Positions 11,155 to 21,091 of a stretch of DNA of 32,000 nucleotides are shown here, piece by piece. The notes beneath the pieces are model-generated. The model saw nothing but the letters and a program-made list of their open reading frames with translations, was not told the origin of the DNA and did not search any database. The translations under genes and the position numbers were made by a program. This DNA comes from Alkalilimnicola ehrlichii MLHE-1 (GTDB taxonomy: Bacteria; Pseudomonadota; Gammaproteobacteria; Nitrococcales; Halorhodospiraceae): contig NC_008340.1 of NCBI RefSeq assembly GCF_000014785.1, positions 210,001 to 242,000 on the forward strand, in the 5' to 3' direction. Position 1 is the stretch's first letter. Every line of letters starts with the position of its first letter.

Positions 11155-12249
11155 ATGCGACAACCCATGATCATGCGCCTGGCGGGGCTGCACTCTCCCA
11201 GGGGATGGCTGCTCTTCCTCCTGCTCAGCGCCGCCGTCCTGCTGCTGGTGCCGGTGCTCAACCGGGTGGTGCCGCCGGATTCGTTCTTCTACATGCCCAA
11301 CTGGATGGTCACCCTGCTGGGGCGCTTCCTCTGCCTGGCGCTGGTGGCCCTGGCCCTGGACCTGATCTGGGGCTACACGGGCATCCTCAGCCTGGGGCAC
11401 GGGGCCTTTTTCGCCGTGGGCGGCTACGCCATGGGCATGCACCTGACCCGCAACACCTACGAGGAGGGGAGCGTGCCCAACTTCATCCAGTTCCTGGGCA
11501 TGTCGGACTGGCCCTGGTTCTGGGCGCCCTTCGAGTACTTCTGGGCCACCGCCCTGCTGGTGGTGCTGGCCCCCGGGCTGCTGGCGCTGGTGTTCGGCTT
11601 CCTCGCCTTCCGCTCCCGGGTGCGGGGGGTCTACTTCGCCATCATCACCCAGGCCCTCACCTTCGCCCTGATGCTGCTCTTCTTCCGCACCGAGACGGGG
11701 CTGGGGGGCGACACCGGGCTCACCAACTTCCAGGAGGTGCTGGGCTTCTCCCTGCGCTCCAACGATGCCCGCCTGACCCTCTACCTGCTCAGCGGCGTGG
11801 TGCTGATCCTGGCCTACCTGCTCTGCCGGTTCATCGTCACCTCCAAGCTGGGCCGGGTGCTCACCGCAATCCGGGACGCCGAGAGCCGGGTGCGTTTCAC
11901 CGGCTATAACCCGCTGCGCTACAAGCTCTTCGTCTGGACCTTCTCGGCCATGCTCTGCGGCCTGGCGGGCGCCCTGTACGTGCCCCAGACCGGGGTGATC
12001 AACCCCGGCGAGATGGCCCCGGCGGTCTCCATCGAGATGGCCGTCTGGGTGGCCCTGGGCGGGCGCGGCACCCTGGTGGGGGCGTTGGCCGGGGCGGGCA
12101 TCGTCAACGGCGCCAAGAGCTGGTTCACCGCCGCCTACCCGGAGCTGTGGCTGTTCTTCCTGGGGGCGCTGTTCATCTTGGTGACCCTGTTCCTGCCCAG
12201 GGGGGTGGTGGGGCTGTTCGACCGCTTGCGCAAGGAGAAACGCTCATGA
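11155..12249 (+). CDS. urtC: Urea ABC transporter permease UrtC
   Basis: LivM-like permease: LALDLIWGYTGILSLGHGAFFAVGGYAMGMHL...NFQEVLGFSLRSNDARLTLYLLSG...VWVALGGRGTLVGALAGAGIVN. Follows urtB. Confidence 0.95.
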   Translation: MRQPMIMRLAGLHSPRGWLLFLLLSAAVLLLVPVLNRVVPPDSFFYMPNWMVTLLGRFLCLALVALALDLIWGYTGILSLGHGAFFAVGGYAMGMHLTRNTYEEGSVPNFIQFLGMSDWPWFWAPFEYFWATALLVVLAPGLLALVFGFLAFRSRVRGVYFAIITQALTFALMLLFFRTETGLGGDTGLTNFQEVLGFSLRSNDARLTLYLLSGVVLILAYLLCRFIVTSKLGRVLTAIRDAESRVRFTGYNPLRYKLFVWTFSAMLCGLAGALYVPQTGVINPGEMAPAVSIEMAVWVALGGRGTLVGALAGAGIVNGAKSWFTAAYPELWLFFLGALFILVTLFLPRGVVGLFDRLRKEKRS

Positions 12250-13088
12250 AGCCGCTGGAACTGCTACAGGAGCTGCGCCGGCGTGACCGCGTCTTTCCCT
12301 TCATCGACGAGGCGCCGCCGCCCCATCCGAGGCTGGACACCCGCCACGGGCCCATCCTCTACGTGGAGGGCATCACGAAGAGCTTCGACGGCTTCAAGGC
12401 GCTCGACGACCTGACACTTTACGTGGGTGACGGGGAACTGCGCTGCCTGATCGGCCCGAACGGCGCCGGCAAGACCACGCTGATGGACGTGATCACCGGC
12501 AAGACGCAGCCCGATACCGGCCACGCCTGGTTCGGCCAACGCCTGAACCTGCTGCGCATGAACGAGCACGACATCGCCCAGGCGGGTATCGGGCGCAAGT
12601 TCCAGAAGCCCACGGTGTACGAGAACCTCACCGTCCACGAGAACCTGGAACTGGCCATGCACGCCCACCGGGGGCTGATGACCAGTCTGTTCTGGCGGCT
12701 GGACGGCGAGCAGCGGGACCGGGTGGATGAGATCCTGGAACTGATCGGGCTCAAGGAGGAGGGGCACCGGGCCGCCGGCCTGCTCTCCCACGGCCAGAAG
12801 CAGTGGCTGGAGGTCGGGTCGCTGCTGATGCAGAACCCCCGGCTGCTGCTGGTGGACGAGCCGGTGGCGGGCATGACCCCGGCGGAGACGGAAGCCACGG
12901 CCGAACTGCTGGTCTCCCTGGCCGGCAAGCACTCGGTGGTGGTGGTGGAGCACGACATGGAGTTCGTACGCTCCATCGCCCGCACCGTCACCGTCCTGCA
13001 CCAGGGCAGCGTGCTGGCCGAGGGCACCATGGACCAGGTGCAGAACGACCCGAAGGTGCGCGAAGTCTACCTGGGCGAGGAGGCGTGA
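12246..13088 (+). CDS. urtD: Urea ABC transporter ATP-binding protein UrtD
   Basis: LYVEGITKSFDGFKALDDLTLYV...CLIGPNGAGKTTLMDVITGKTQPDTG, LLSHGQKQWLEVG, LLLVDEPVAGM. ATG at 12246 overlaps the urtC stop. Confidence 0.95.
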   Translation: MKPLELLQELRRRDRVFPFIDEAPPPHPRLDTRHGPILYVEGITKSFDGFKALDDLTLYVGDGELRCLIGPNGAGKTTLMDVITGKTQPDTGHAWFGQRLNLLRMNEHDIAQAGIGRKFQKPTVYENLTVHENLELAMHAHRGLMTSLFWRLDGEQRDRVDEILELIGLKEEGHRAAGLLSHGQKQWLEVGSLLMQNPRLLLVDEPVAGMTPAETEATAELLVSLAGKHSVVVVEHDMEFVRSIARTVTVLHQGSVLAEGTMDQVQNDPKVREVYLGEEA

Positions 13089-13089
13089 C

Positions 13090-13779
13090 ATGCTCGAGAT
13101 AAAGGGGCTCAACCAGTATTACGGCGGCAGTCACATCCTCAAGGGCGTGGATCTCGCCGTGGAGCAGGGCACCTGCGCCTGTCTCATGGGCCGCAACGGC
13201 ATGGGCAAGACCACCCTGCTCAAGTGCCTGATGGGCCTGGTGCCCATCGCCGATGGCAGCATCACCTTCCAGGGCCGGGAGATCAGCCGCTTGAGGCCCC
13301 AGCAGCGGGCGCGCATGGGCATCGGCTACGTGCCCCAGGGGCGGGAGATCTTCCCCCAGCTCACGGTGGAGGAGAACCTGCGGGTGCCCCTGGCGGGCAA
13401 GCGCTCAAGGGGTATCCCGGAGCGGATCTTCGAGCTTTTCCCGGTGTTGAAAGAGATGGCCCGCCGGCGGGGGGGCGACCTCTCCGGTGGGCAGCAGCAG
13501 CAACTGGCCATCGGCCGGGCACTGGTGCTGCAGCCTGAGATCCTGCTGCTGGACGAGCCCAACGAGGGCATCCAGCCCAATATCGTCCGCCAGATCGGCG
13601 AGGTGATCCGGATGCTGAACCGGGAGGAGGGCCTGACCATCCTGCTGGTGGAGCAGAAGCTGCCGTTCGCCCGCGCCACCGGTGATCACTTCACCCTGCT
13701 CAACAACGGCCGTGCGGTCGCCTCCGGCGCCATGAGTCAGCTCAGTGACGAGCTGATCCAGGAGCACATGACGGTGTGA
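13090..13779 (+). CDS. urtE: Urea ABC transporter ATP-binding protein UrtE
   Basis: MLEIKGLNQYYGGSHILKGVDLAVEQGTCACLMGRNGMGKTTLLKCLMG, DLSGGQQQQLAIGRALVLQPEILLLDEPNEGIQPNIV. Confidence 0.96.
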   Translation: MLEIKGLNQYYGGSHILKGVDLAVEQGTCACLMGRNGMGKTTLLKCLMGLVPIADGSITFQGREISRLRPQQRARMGIGYVPQGREIFPQLTVEENLRVPLAGKRSRGIPERIFELFPVLKEMARRRGGDLSGGQQQQLAIGRALVLQPEILLLDEPNEGIQPNIVRQIGEVIRMLNREEGLTILLVEQKLPFARATGDHFTLLNNGRAVASGAMSQLSDELIQEHMTV

Positions 13780-13800
13780 GCCGCGTCACCACCGGTCCCC

Positions 13801-13826
13801 GGGGTTACCCACCATTGGGTACCCCC
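13801..13826 (+). terminator. Possible stem-loop after urtE
   Basis: GGGGTTACCCA-CCAT-TGGGTACCCCC forms an 11-bp stem with one mismatch, 22 bp after urtE. No T-run, so it may be a structure other than an intrinsic terminator. Confidence 0.35.
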
Positions 13827-13943
13827 GGCTGGCTTGCTCCGCCTCCGATGGGTGATTTAACCGGCGTACCCTCTTTGCGACGCTGAGGGTGGCAGCGGAC
13901 GAGCGGGTCCGTCCGTCCACTCAGCAATCCGGGAGGGGGTGGC

Positions 13944-15221
13944 ATGGCCAGCGAGCGATTCAAACAGTACTCCATCCTGACCGCGAACACCTTTGCGTTC
14001 ACGATCATGTTCATGGTCTGGACCGTGTTCGGCGAGATCGGTGTGCCCATTCAGGAGGAGATGGGCCTGAGCGATACCCAGTTCGGTCTGCTGACGGCCG
14101 TACCCATTCTGACGGGCTCGCTAGTGCGTCTGCCCTTGGGGGCCTGGACGGACAAGTACGGCGGTCGGCCCGTGTTTTTCATCCTCATGCTGGCCGTGCT
14201 GCCGGGACTCTGGCTGGTGCAGTTCGCCACCGAGTACTGGCAGCTGCTGGTCCTGGGCGCCATGGTGGGTCTGGCGGGCGGCTCGTTTTCGGTCGGCATC
14301 ACCTACACGGCGAAATGGTTTCCGCGGGAGCGCCAGGGCCTGGCGATGGGTGTCTTCGGCGCGGGCAACGCCGGCGCGGCGGTGACCAAGTACGTGGCGC
14401 CGACCATCATCGTGGTGTTGAGCTGGCAGGCGGTGTCGAACATCTATGCCGCCATCGTGGTCGTTACCGCCATCCTGTTCTGGTTCTTCACCTATACCAA
14501 CCCAGAACACCGCACTGCGGACGCGCCGAAGCTGCGCGAGCAGATCGCCGTACTCAACGACCCGAAGGTCTGGAAGTACTGCCAGTACTACTCGGTGGTG
14601 TTCGGGGGCTACGTGGGCGTTTCGCTCTATCTGACCCGGTATTACATGCTCGAGTACGGTGTCGGTATCCAGCTCGCCGCCCTGATCGCCACCATCTTCG
14701 TGCTGCCCTCCGGCGTGATCCGGGCCTTCGGCGGCTGGCTGTCAGATCGCTTTGGCGCCCATACGGTGACCTGGTGGTGCATGTGGGCGAGCCTGGTGAG
14801 CTTCTTCTTCATGTCCTATCCGCCCACGGACTACACCATCCACGGCCTGGACGGCCAGACCACCACCTTACACCTGGCCATGCCGGTGTGGCTGTTCACG
14901 GCGCTGCTGTTTATCGTCGGTATCGCTTGGGGGATCGGCAAGGCCTCGGTGTTCAAGTACCTCTCCGATGAATACGACCGCAACCTGGGGCTGGTGTCGG
15001 GCATCGTGGGTTTGGCCGGCGGGATGGGCGGCTTCCTCCTGCCGCCCATGTTCGGTGCGCTGATCGACCTGACCGGGGTGCCCACCACCATCTGGATGCT
15101 CTGCTTCGGCTTCACCCTGGTCTCGGTGGTCTGGATGTGGTGGACCGAGCGCCGCGAGCCGGTGCTGACCCGCGACCGGTACCACCAGCCCACCCTGAAG
15201 GCGGACGATCAGACCCGCTGA
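13944..15221 (+). CDS. narK: NarK-family MFS nitrate/nitrite transporter
   Basis: TANTFAFTIMFMVWTVFGEIG, LLTAVPILTGSLVRLPLGAWTDKYGGRPVF, GLAGGSFSVGITYTAKWFPRERQGLAMGVFGAGNAGAAVTKYVAP, typical nitrate/nitrite porter motifs. Confidence 0.88.
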   Translation: MASERFKQYSILTANTFAFTIMFMVWTVFGEIGVPIQEEMGLSDTQFGLLTAVPILTGSLVRLPLGAWTDKYGGRPVFFILMLAVLPGLWLVQFATEYWQLLVLGAMVGLAGGSFSVGITYTAKWFPRERQGLAMGVFGAGNAGAAVTKYVAPTIIVVLSWQAVSNIYAAIVVVTAILFWFFTYTNPEHRTADAPKLREQIAVLNDPKVWKYCQYYSVVFGGYVGVSLYLTRYYMLEYGVGIQLAALIATIFVLPSGVIRAFGGWLSDRFGAHTVTWWCMWASLVSFFFMSYPPTDYTIHGLDGQTTTLHLAMPVWLFTALLFIVGIAWGIGKASVFKYLSDEYDRNLGLVSGIVGLAGGMGGFLLPPMFGALIDLTGVPTTIWMLCFGFTLVSVVWMWWTERREPVLTRDRYHQPTLKADDQTR

Positions 15222-15232
15222 TTCGAGGGTCG

Positions 15233-15260
15233 AGGCGGGCGCCGGCCGCCGGGCCCGCCT
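15233..15260. terminator. GC-rich stem-loop between convergent genes
   Basis: AGGCGGGC-(12 nt)-GCCCGCCT is a perfect 8-bp inverted repeat in the gap between the convergent narK and TAXI genes. No T-run. Confidence 0.35.
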
Positions 15261-15269
15261 GCGTGGGGG

Positions 15270-16286
15270 CTACTCGGCCTCGGGCGGGATGCGGTCGCCG
15301 TCCACCGCGTAGCCCTGGTCCCGATAGTAGCGGATGGCGCCGGGGTGGAACCACATCACGGTGTTGCGGTCCAGGTGCTCCGGCCGGGTGTCTGCCGCTG
15401 CCGGGTGCAGGGCCTCCGACAGGTTCGGGTGCTCCAACACCCGGGCCATCAGCTCGTAGACCAGGTCCTCCGGCAGGTCCTTGCTGCCGATGGCGAAGTT
15501 CCAGAACGCCACCGAATGCTGGGTGGTGGTCTGGCTGTCGTAGGTCGCTGCGGGGATGCCGAAGGGGGCCACCGGGAAGGCCTCCACCAGCCGGGCCTGC
15601 TCCTCCTCCGTGAAGGTGAACAGATGCACGTCATGGCGCGCCTCCAGGTTCTGGAATGCCCGGATCGGGAGGCCGGCGCAGAAGGCGAAGGCATCCACCA
15701 GGTTGACCGCCACGTAGTCGGCGAGCTGGTTCGCGCCGTCGTACTGGTACTGCACGTCCTCCACGCCCAGGGCCTCCAGGAAGCGCGGCCAGTAGTTGGC
15801 ACAGGTGCCGCCCATCGGGCCCACCCCCACTCGGCGGCCGGCCAGGTCGCTGATCTCCTCGATCCCGGAGTCGGCCAGGGTGATGACCTGGAAGGGGGTC
15901 TGATACATCGGGAAGAGCGCGCGCACGTTACGCATCTCCACCCCGGGGGCCACGTCCGACTTACCGTGCCAGGCCTCCCGGGCCGGCCCCAGGGTGGTCA
16001 GGCCCAGCTCCACATCACCGCTGTGGACCAGGGCCATGTTGTGATAGGGCCCGCCGGTGTTCTCCGGCACGGTGTCCACCCCAAGCTCCTGACTGATCAG
16101 CCGCGCCAGCCCCTCGCCGTAGACCGCATAGGTGCCGCCGGGGGAGGCGGTTCCGAGACGCAGGGTGGCCTGCCACGGATTGTCCTCTGCCAGCGAGGGG
16201 GTGGCTGTGCCCAGCACCATCAAGGCAGGGATCCAAGCCGCCCAGGCCCAGCAGCGGCGGCGGTGAGTCGTTGGCTTTGCGTGCAT
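15270..16286 (-). CDS. TAXI-family TRAP transporter solute-binding protein (orphan)
   Basis: N-terminal signal peptide, then LRLGTASPGGTYAVYGEGLARLISQELGVDTVPENTGGPYHNMALVHSGDVELGLTTLGPA...DLAGRRVGVGPMGGTCANYWPRFLEALG. Start trimmed to MHAKPTTHRRR. Confidence 0.88.
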   Translation of the reverse strand: MHAKPTTHRRRCWAWAAWIPALMVLGTATPSLAEDNPWQATLRLGTASPGGTYAVYGEGLARLISQELGVDTVPENTGGPYHNMALVHSGDVELGLTTLGPAREAWHGKSDVAPGVEMRNVRALFPMYQTPFQVITLADSGIEEISDLAGRRVGVGPMGGTCANYWPRFLEALGVEDVQYQYDGANQLADYVAVNLVDAFAFCAGLPIRAFQNLEARHDVHLFTFTEEEQARLVEAFPVAPFGIPAATYDSQTTTQHSVAFWNFAIGSKDLPEDLVYELMARVLEHPNLSEALHPAAADTRPEHLDRNTVMWFHPGAIRYYRDQGYAVDGDRIPPEAE

Positions 16287-16765
16287 CTCATACCTCCCGC
16301 GTCCATCCGGAGCGCTCCGCCGCCGGGAGGAGGCCGGCGGGCAGCGGCTCCGGGCATGTCTCATCCGATCATTATGGGCCGGAACGGGCCCGGTTTCCTG
16401 CGGCCGCTCGGTTGTCAAGGGCGAAAGCCAGCCCCTGTTACTCGGTTGTGCACATGCGGGCAAGCCGCTCCGGCCAGACTCGGCCCCTTCCCGTTCCGTC
16501 GGTTTCAGATCCAAAGCGTTTCATAACTCATTGATTTACTGGCTTCATGAGCCGACTGGTGGAAAAACCACCAATCCGGGGCGACCAGTATCGATCAAGC
16601 ACTTGGCGCCCTTTCCAGCAACAATCCACAAAGTTATCCACAGTTTCTGTGGATGACCGGGGTCGCCGGGCAAGCGCTTCCGGGGTCGGTCGGAGGTTGG
16701 GGCACTACGGCCAGTCGCCGCGGGGCTATGGACTGATTCGCGCCCGGTGCGGTCAGCCTCCCACG

Positions 16766-17773
16766 TCAACCCGCTGTTGGATAGCGCTCCATCAGGTAGC
16801 AGAGACAATCCTGGCGAATGACCCGCTCATCGCGGGTGAGCATGGCCGGCATCATTGGGCGCCGCAGCAGGATCTCGCCCCCTTCGTGAAAGAAATAGGC
16901 GTCGCAGGCCTCCTGGCCGGCATTGTCCTCGACGGACAGGAAGGCGTTGCTGCCGGGCCGGACGCGGCAGAAAGCGGTACCGGCGGGCAGCTCGTGGAAG
17001 TTCAGATTATCCAGATCGGGCAGCAGTTGCAGGTCCACGTCACGGCGGTCGAAGCCGAAGGTGTGCTGGCGCGGTATCCGTACGGTGGCCACGGTGTGGT
17101 AGACGCCCAGGTCGGCGGGCTCGACATGATCCGGAATCTCCTGCAGGTGCAGGGCGTCCTCGATGAAGGCGCGGGCGTGGGTGGCCGCCGCGCGGCTGCC
17201 GGGCTGGCCGCACTCCACGGTGACCGCCGGGCAGAGCTCCGCCAGCGCCAGCGACTGCACCCCGCGGGGACGGGTGAAGTAGACCAGGGTGCGCGAGAAG
17301 AGCGAGGCCAGGAAGAGGTAGCGGGCGTCGAGCCGGTTGACGCAGCCGTAGAAGGGGTTGCGGCCGGTGTTGTTGTGGATGTCCAGACTGGCGAACACCC
17401 CGCGGGCGGCCAGCCGGGCCACCACCTCGGCCATCAGCCGGCGCTCGGGACAGTCCGGGTAGTCGGTGCCTGGCCAGACGCGGTTGTAGTCCGGCTGGTG
17501 GTCGAGCCGGCGGACGCCGTGGCGCGCGGCCTGCACGTTACCGATGAACAGCGTAAGGGCGCGCGGCAGGGTCCGGCCGGACCAGTCCTTCAGCAGCGCC
17601 TGCACGGCCTCGATGCCGGTGGTCTCGTTGCCGTGCAGCAGGGTGGTGACAAACAGCGGCGGGTTGCGCCGGCCGGGGATGTGGATGAGGCTGGGGCCGC
17701 CGAGGATCTCCTCCATGGCGGTAGGGGGGGCTTGCAGGAAGCCGTCGGGTATCGCGTCGTAGACCTTGAGCAT
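16766..17773 (-). CDS. M14-like succinylglutamate desuccinylase/aspartoacylase family protein
   Basis: LFVTTLLHGNETTGIEAVQALL, LTLFIGNVQAARHGVRRLDHQPDYNRVWPG, FASLDIHNNTGRNPFYGCV, TVECGQPGS: HxxE...H zinc-hydrolase pattern of AspA/AstE proteins. Confidence 0.85.
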   Translation of the reverse strand: MLKVYDAIPDGFLQAPPTAMEEILGGPSLIHIPGRRNPPLFVTTLLHGNETTGIEAVQALLKDWSGRTLPRALTLFIGNVQAARHGVRRLDHQPDYNRVWPGTDYPDCPERRLMAEVVARLAARGVFASLDIHNNTGRNPFYGCVNRLDARYLFLASLFSRTLVYFTRPRGVQSLALAELCPAVTVECGQPGSRAAATHARAFIEDALHLQEIPDHVEPADLGVYHTVATVRIPRQHTFGFDRRDVDLQLLPDLDNLNFHELPAGTAFCRVRPGSNAFLSVEDNAGQEACDAYFFHEGGEILLRRPMMPAMLTRDERVIRQDCLCYLMERYPTAG

Positions 17774-17792
17774 GTCGTTATTGTAACGCCGG

Positions 17793-19226
17793 CTAGAGCG
17801 CCCAGCGGTGGACGGGTTCCCCGGTCTGCTGGTGGCGGAGCATTGCCTGTACCAGTGCCGGGGCGTTAGGGCCGTGGCGGTGCCACCAAGCGCGCTGCCA
17901 AGCGGCCCCGGTACGGCCGCTGGTCACCCGCTCGCGGATGAGCCCCAGCCAGTGGCGGATCTCGTCGCCGGCCACGTCCTGGTGCTCCAGGCCCACCCGG
18001 GCCAGTGGCAGCAGTTCCTCCAGGATGAGCTCCCTCAGCGGCCCCTGGCGCTGGCCCAGCCAGGTGACCGTGGCGTCCAGGCCGTGGCGGGCGGCGCTGT
18101 AGAAATTGGCCTCGGCGGTGACGAAGGGCAGGCGCCCCTCCAATTCCGGCTCCTTGAGCAGCAGCCCGTGCACCAGACCATAGAAGAAGGCGGCGTTGGC
18201 CACCACGTCGGCCAGGGTGGGCCCGGCGGCCATCACCCGGTGCTCAATGCGTAGGTGGGGGTCGTGCCCGCCGTGCGGTTCCACCAGCGGGCGGTTCCAG
18301 CGCCAGATGGTGCCGTTGTGCAGCCGCAGGTGGGCCAGGTCCTCCGGCGGGGCGTCCTGGAGCACCGGCAGCAGCACCGGGAAGTGCTGGCGGTTCTCCA
18401 CAAACCAGCCGTAGAGGGCATCCCGGGCATAGCCGCTGCCGAAGCCCACCCGGGCCAGGGGGCCGGCATGGCCACCGTGCAGGGGGGTCACCGCGACCGC
18501 CTGTTCGAACAACGGGATGCGGGTCTCGGCCCAGAGCAGGTGGTCGAACAGCAGCGGTGAATTGGCGGCGGTGCCCACGGTGGCGGCGGAGGCGGCCACC
18601 GCGGCGTTAAACAGCCGGTGGGCGTTGCCGGGACTGACCTGCAGATGCAGTTGCAGGGAGGTGGCAGCGGACTCCAGCATCACGTCCGGGTGGTCCAGAG
18701 TGATGTGCTCCTCGCCGCGGATGTCCAGGTGGATCGGGCGCCGGTTGCGCAGGGCCAGGACCTGCTCGTTCAGCGCCTGGTAGCGCTTTAGGCCGGACAT
18801 GGCCGCCACCGAGAGATCCGCCTCACGCACCGAGGGCAGGATGCCCACCAGCGTGGGCTGGCACTGCTGACCCCGGGCGGCCTCGCGCAGCCGGGCCCAG
18901 CGCTGCTCCAGCACCCCGGCCAGCTCGCTGAACGGCCGTCCCGGCAGGGCGACGGGATCGGTGTTGAGCTCCAGGTTGTAGCGCGCCAGCTCGGTCTCCA
19001 GGTGCGGGTCATTGCACTGCCGGATGACCTCCTCGTTGCGTGGGGTCGGCAACCCCTGGTCATCCACCAGCCAGGCCTCCAGCTCCAGCCCGATGCGTGC
19101 CGGCTCGTCCCGGAAGCGGCCCTCCTGCAGCCACTGCTTGAGCAGGGCGGTCTCCTCCTTGAGGCGGCGGGAAAAGCGGTGGAAGTGCTCCGGCGTGAAG
19201 TGGGTCTCGTCGATCTCCTGGCCCAT
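17793..19226 (-). CDS. Glutamate-cysteine ligase family (GCS2-like) protein
   Basis: RIGLELEAWLVDDQGLPTPRNEEVI...TELARYNLELNTDPVAL...THLHLQVSPGN-like segment (TSLQLHLQVSPGNAHRLFNAAVAASAATVGTAANSPLLF)...LRIEHRVMAAGPTLADVVANAAFFYGL. Confidence 0.82.
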   Translation of the reverse strand: MGQEIDETHFTPEHFHRFSRRLKEETALLKQWLQEGRFRDEPARIGLELEAWLVDDQGLPTPRNEEVIRQCNDPHLETELARYNLELNTDPVALPGRPFSELAGVLEQRWARLREAARGQQCQPTLVGILPSVREADLSVAAMSGLKRYQALNEQVLALRNRRPIHLDIRGEEHITLDHPDVMLESAATSLQLHLQVSPGNAHRLFNAAVAASAATVGTAANSPLLFDHLLWAETRIPLFEQAVAVTPLHGGHAGPLARVGFGSGYARDALYGWFVENRQHFPVLLPVLQDAPPEDLAHLRLHNGTIWRWNRPLVEPHGGHDPHLRIEHRVMAAGPTLADVVANAAFFYGLVHGLLLKEPELEGRLPFVTAEANFYSAARHGLDATVTWLGQRQGPLRELILEELLPLARVGLEHQDVAGDEIRHWLGLIRERVTSGRTGAAWQRAWWHRHGPNAPALVQAMLRHQQTGEPVHRWAL

Positions 19227-19265
19227 GCTTGCTCCTCTCCGGGCCGCCAGTGCGCCCCGTCGGCG

Positions 19266-20944
<1,679 letters not shown>

Positions 20945-21036
20945 GGGTCTCGGTCGCTGATTGGGCAGGCCTTATTCGGCGTCATCCCCTCGCAAAATGC
21001 AAGCCTGCCAGCCGCCCATGCTGCGCTGCAATGGGC

Positions 21037-21064
21037 ATGACATGACGGGATTAGCGGTTACAAT
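21037..21064 (+). promoter_or_regulatory. Candidate sigma70 promoter for lptD
   Basis: ATGACA (21037-21042), 16-bp spacer, TACAAT (21059-21064), 27 bp upstream of the lptD GTG. Confidence 0.5.
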
Positions 21065-21091
21065 GCGGGCTTGTCGGCCGGATAAAAGCCC

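Noticed and set aside
9300-11261. 653-aa minus-strand ORF opposite urtB
   Set aside because: Antisense to urtB, Gln/His/Gly-rich low-complexity translation without any known motif.
16547-17869. 440-aa plus-strand ORF opposite the M14-like hydrolase
   Set aside because: Antisense to a protein with clear zinc-hydrolase motifs; no domain support.
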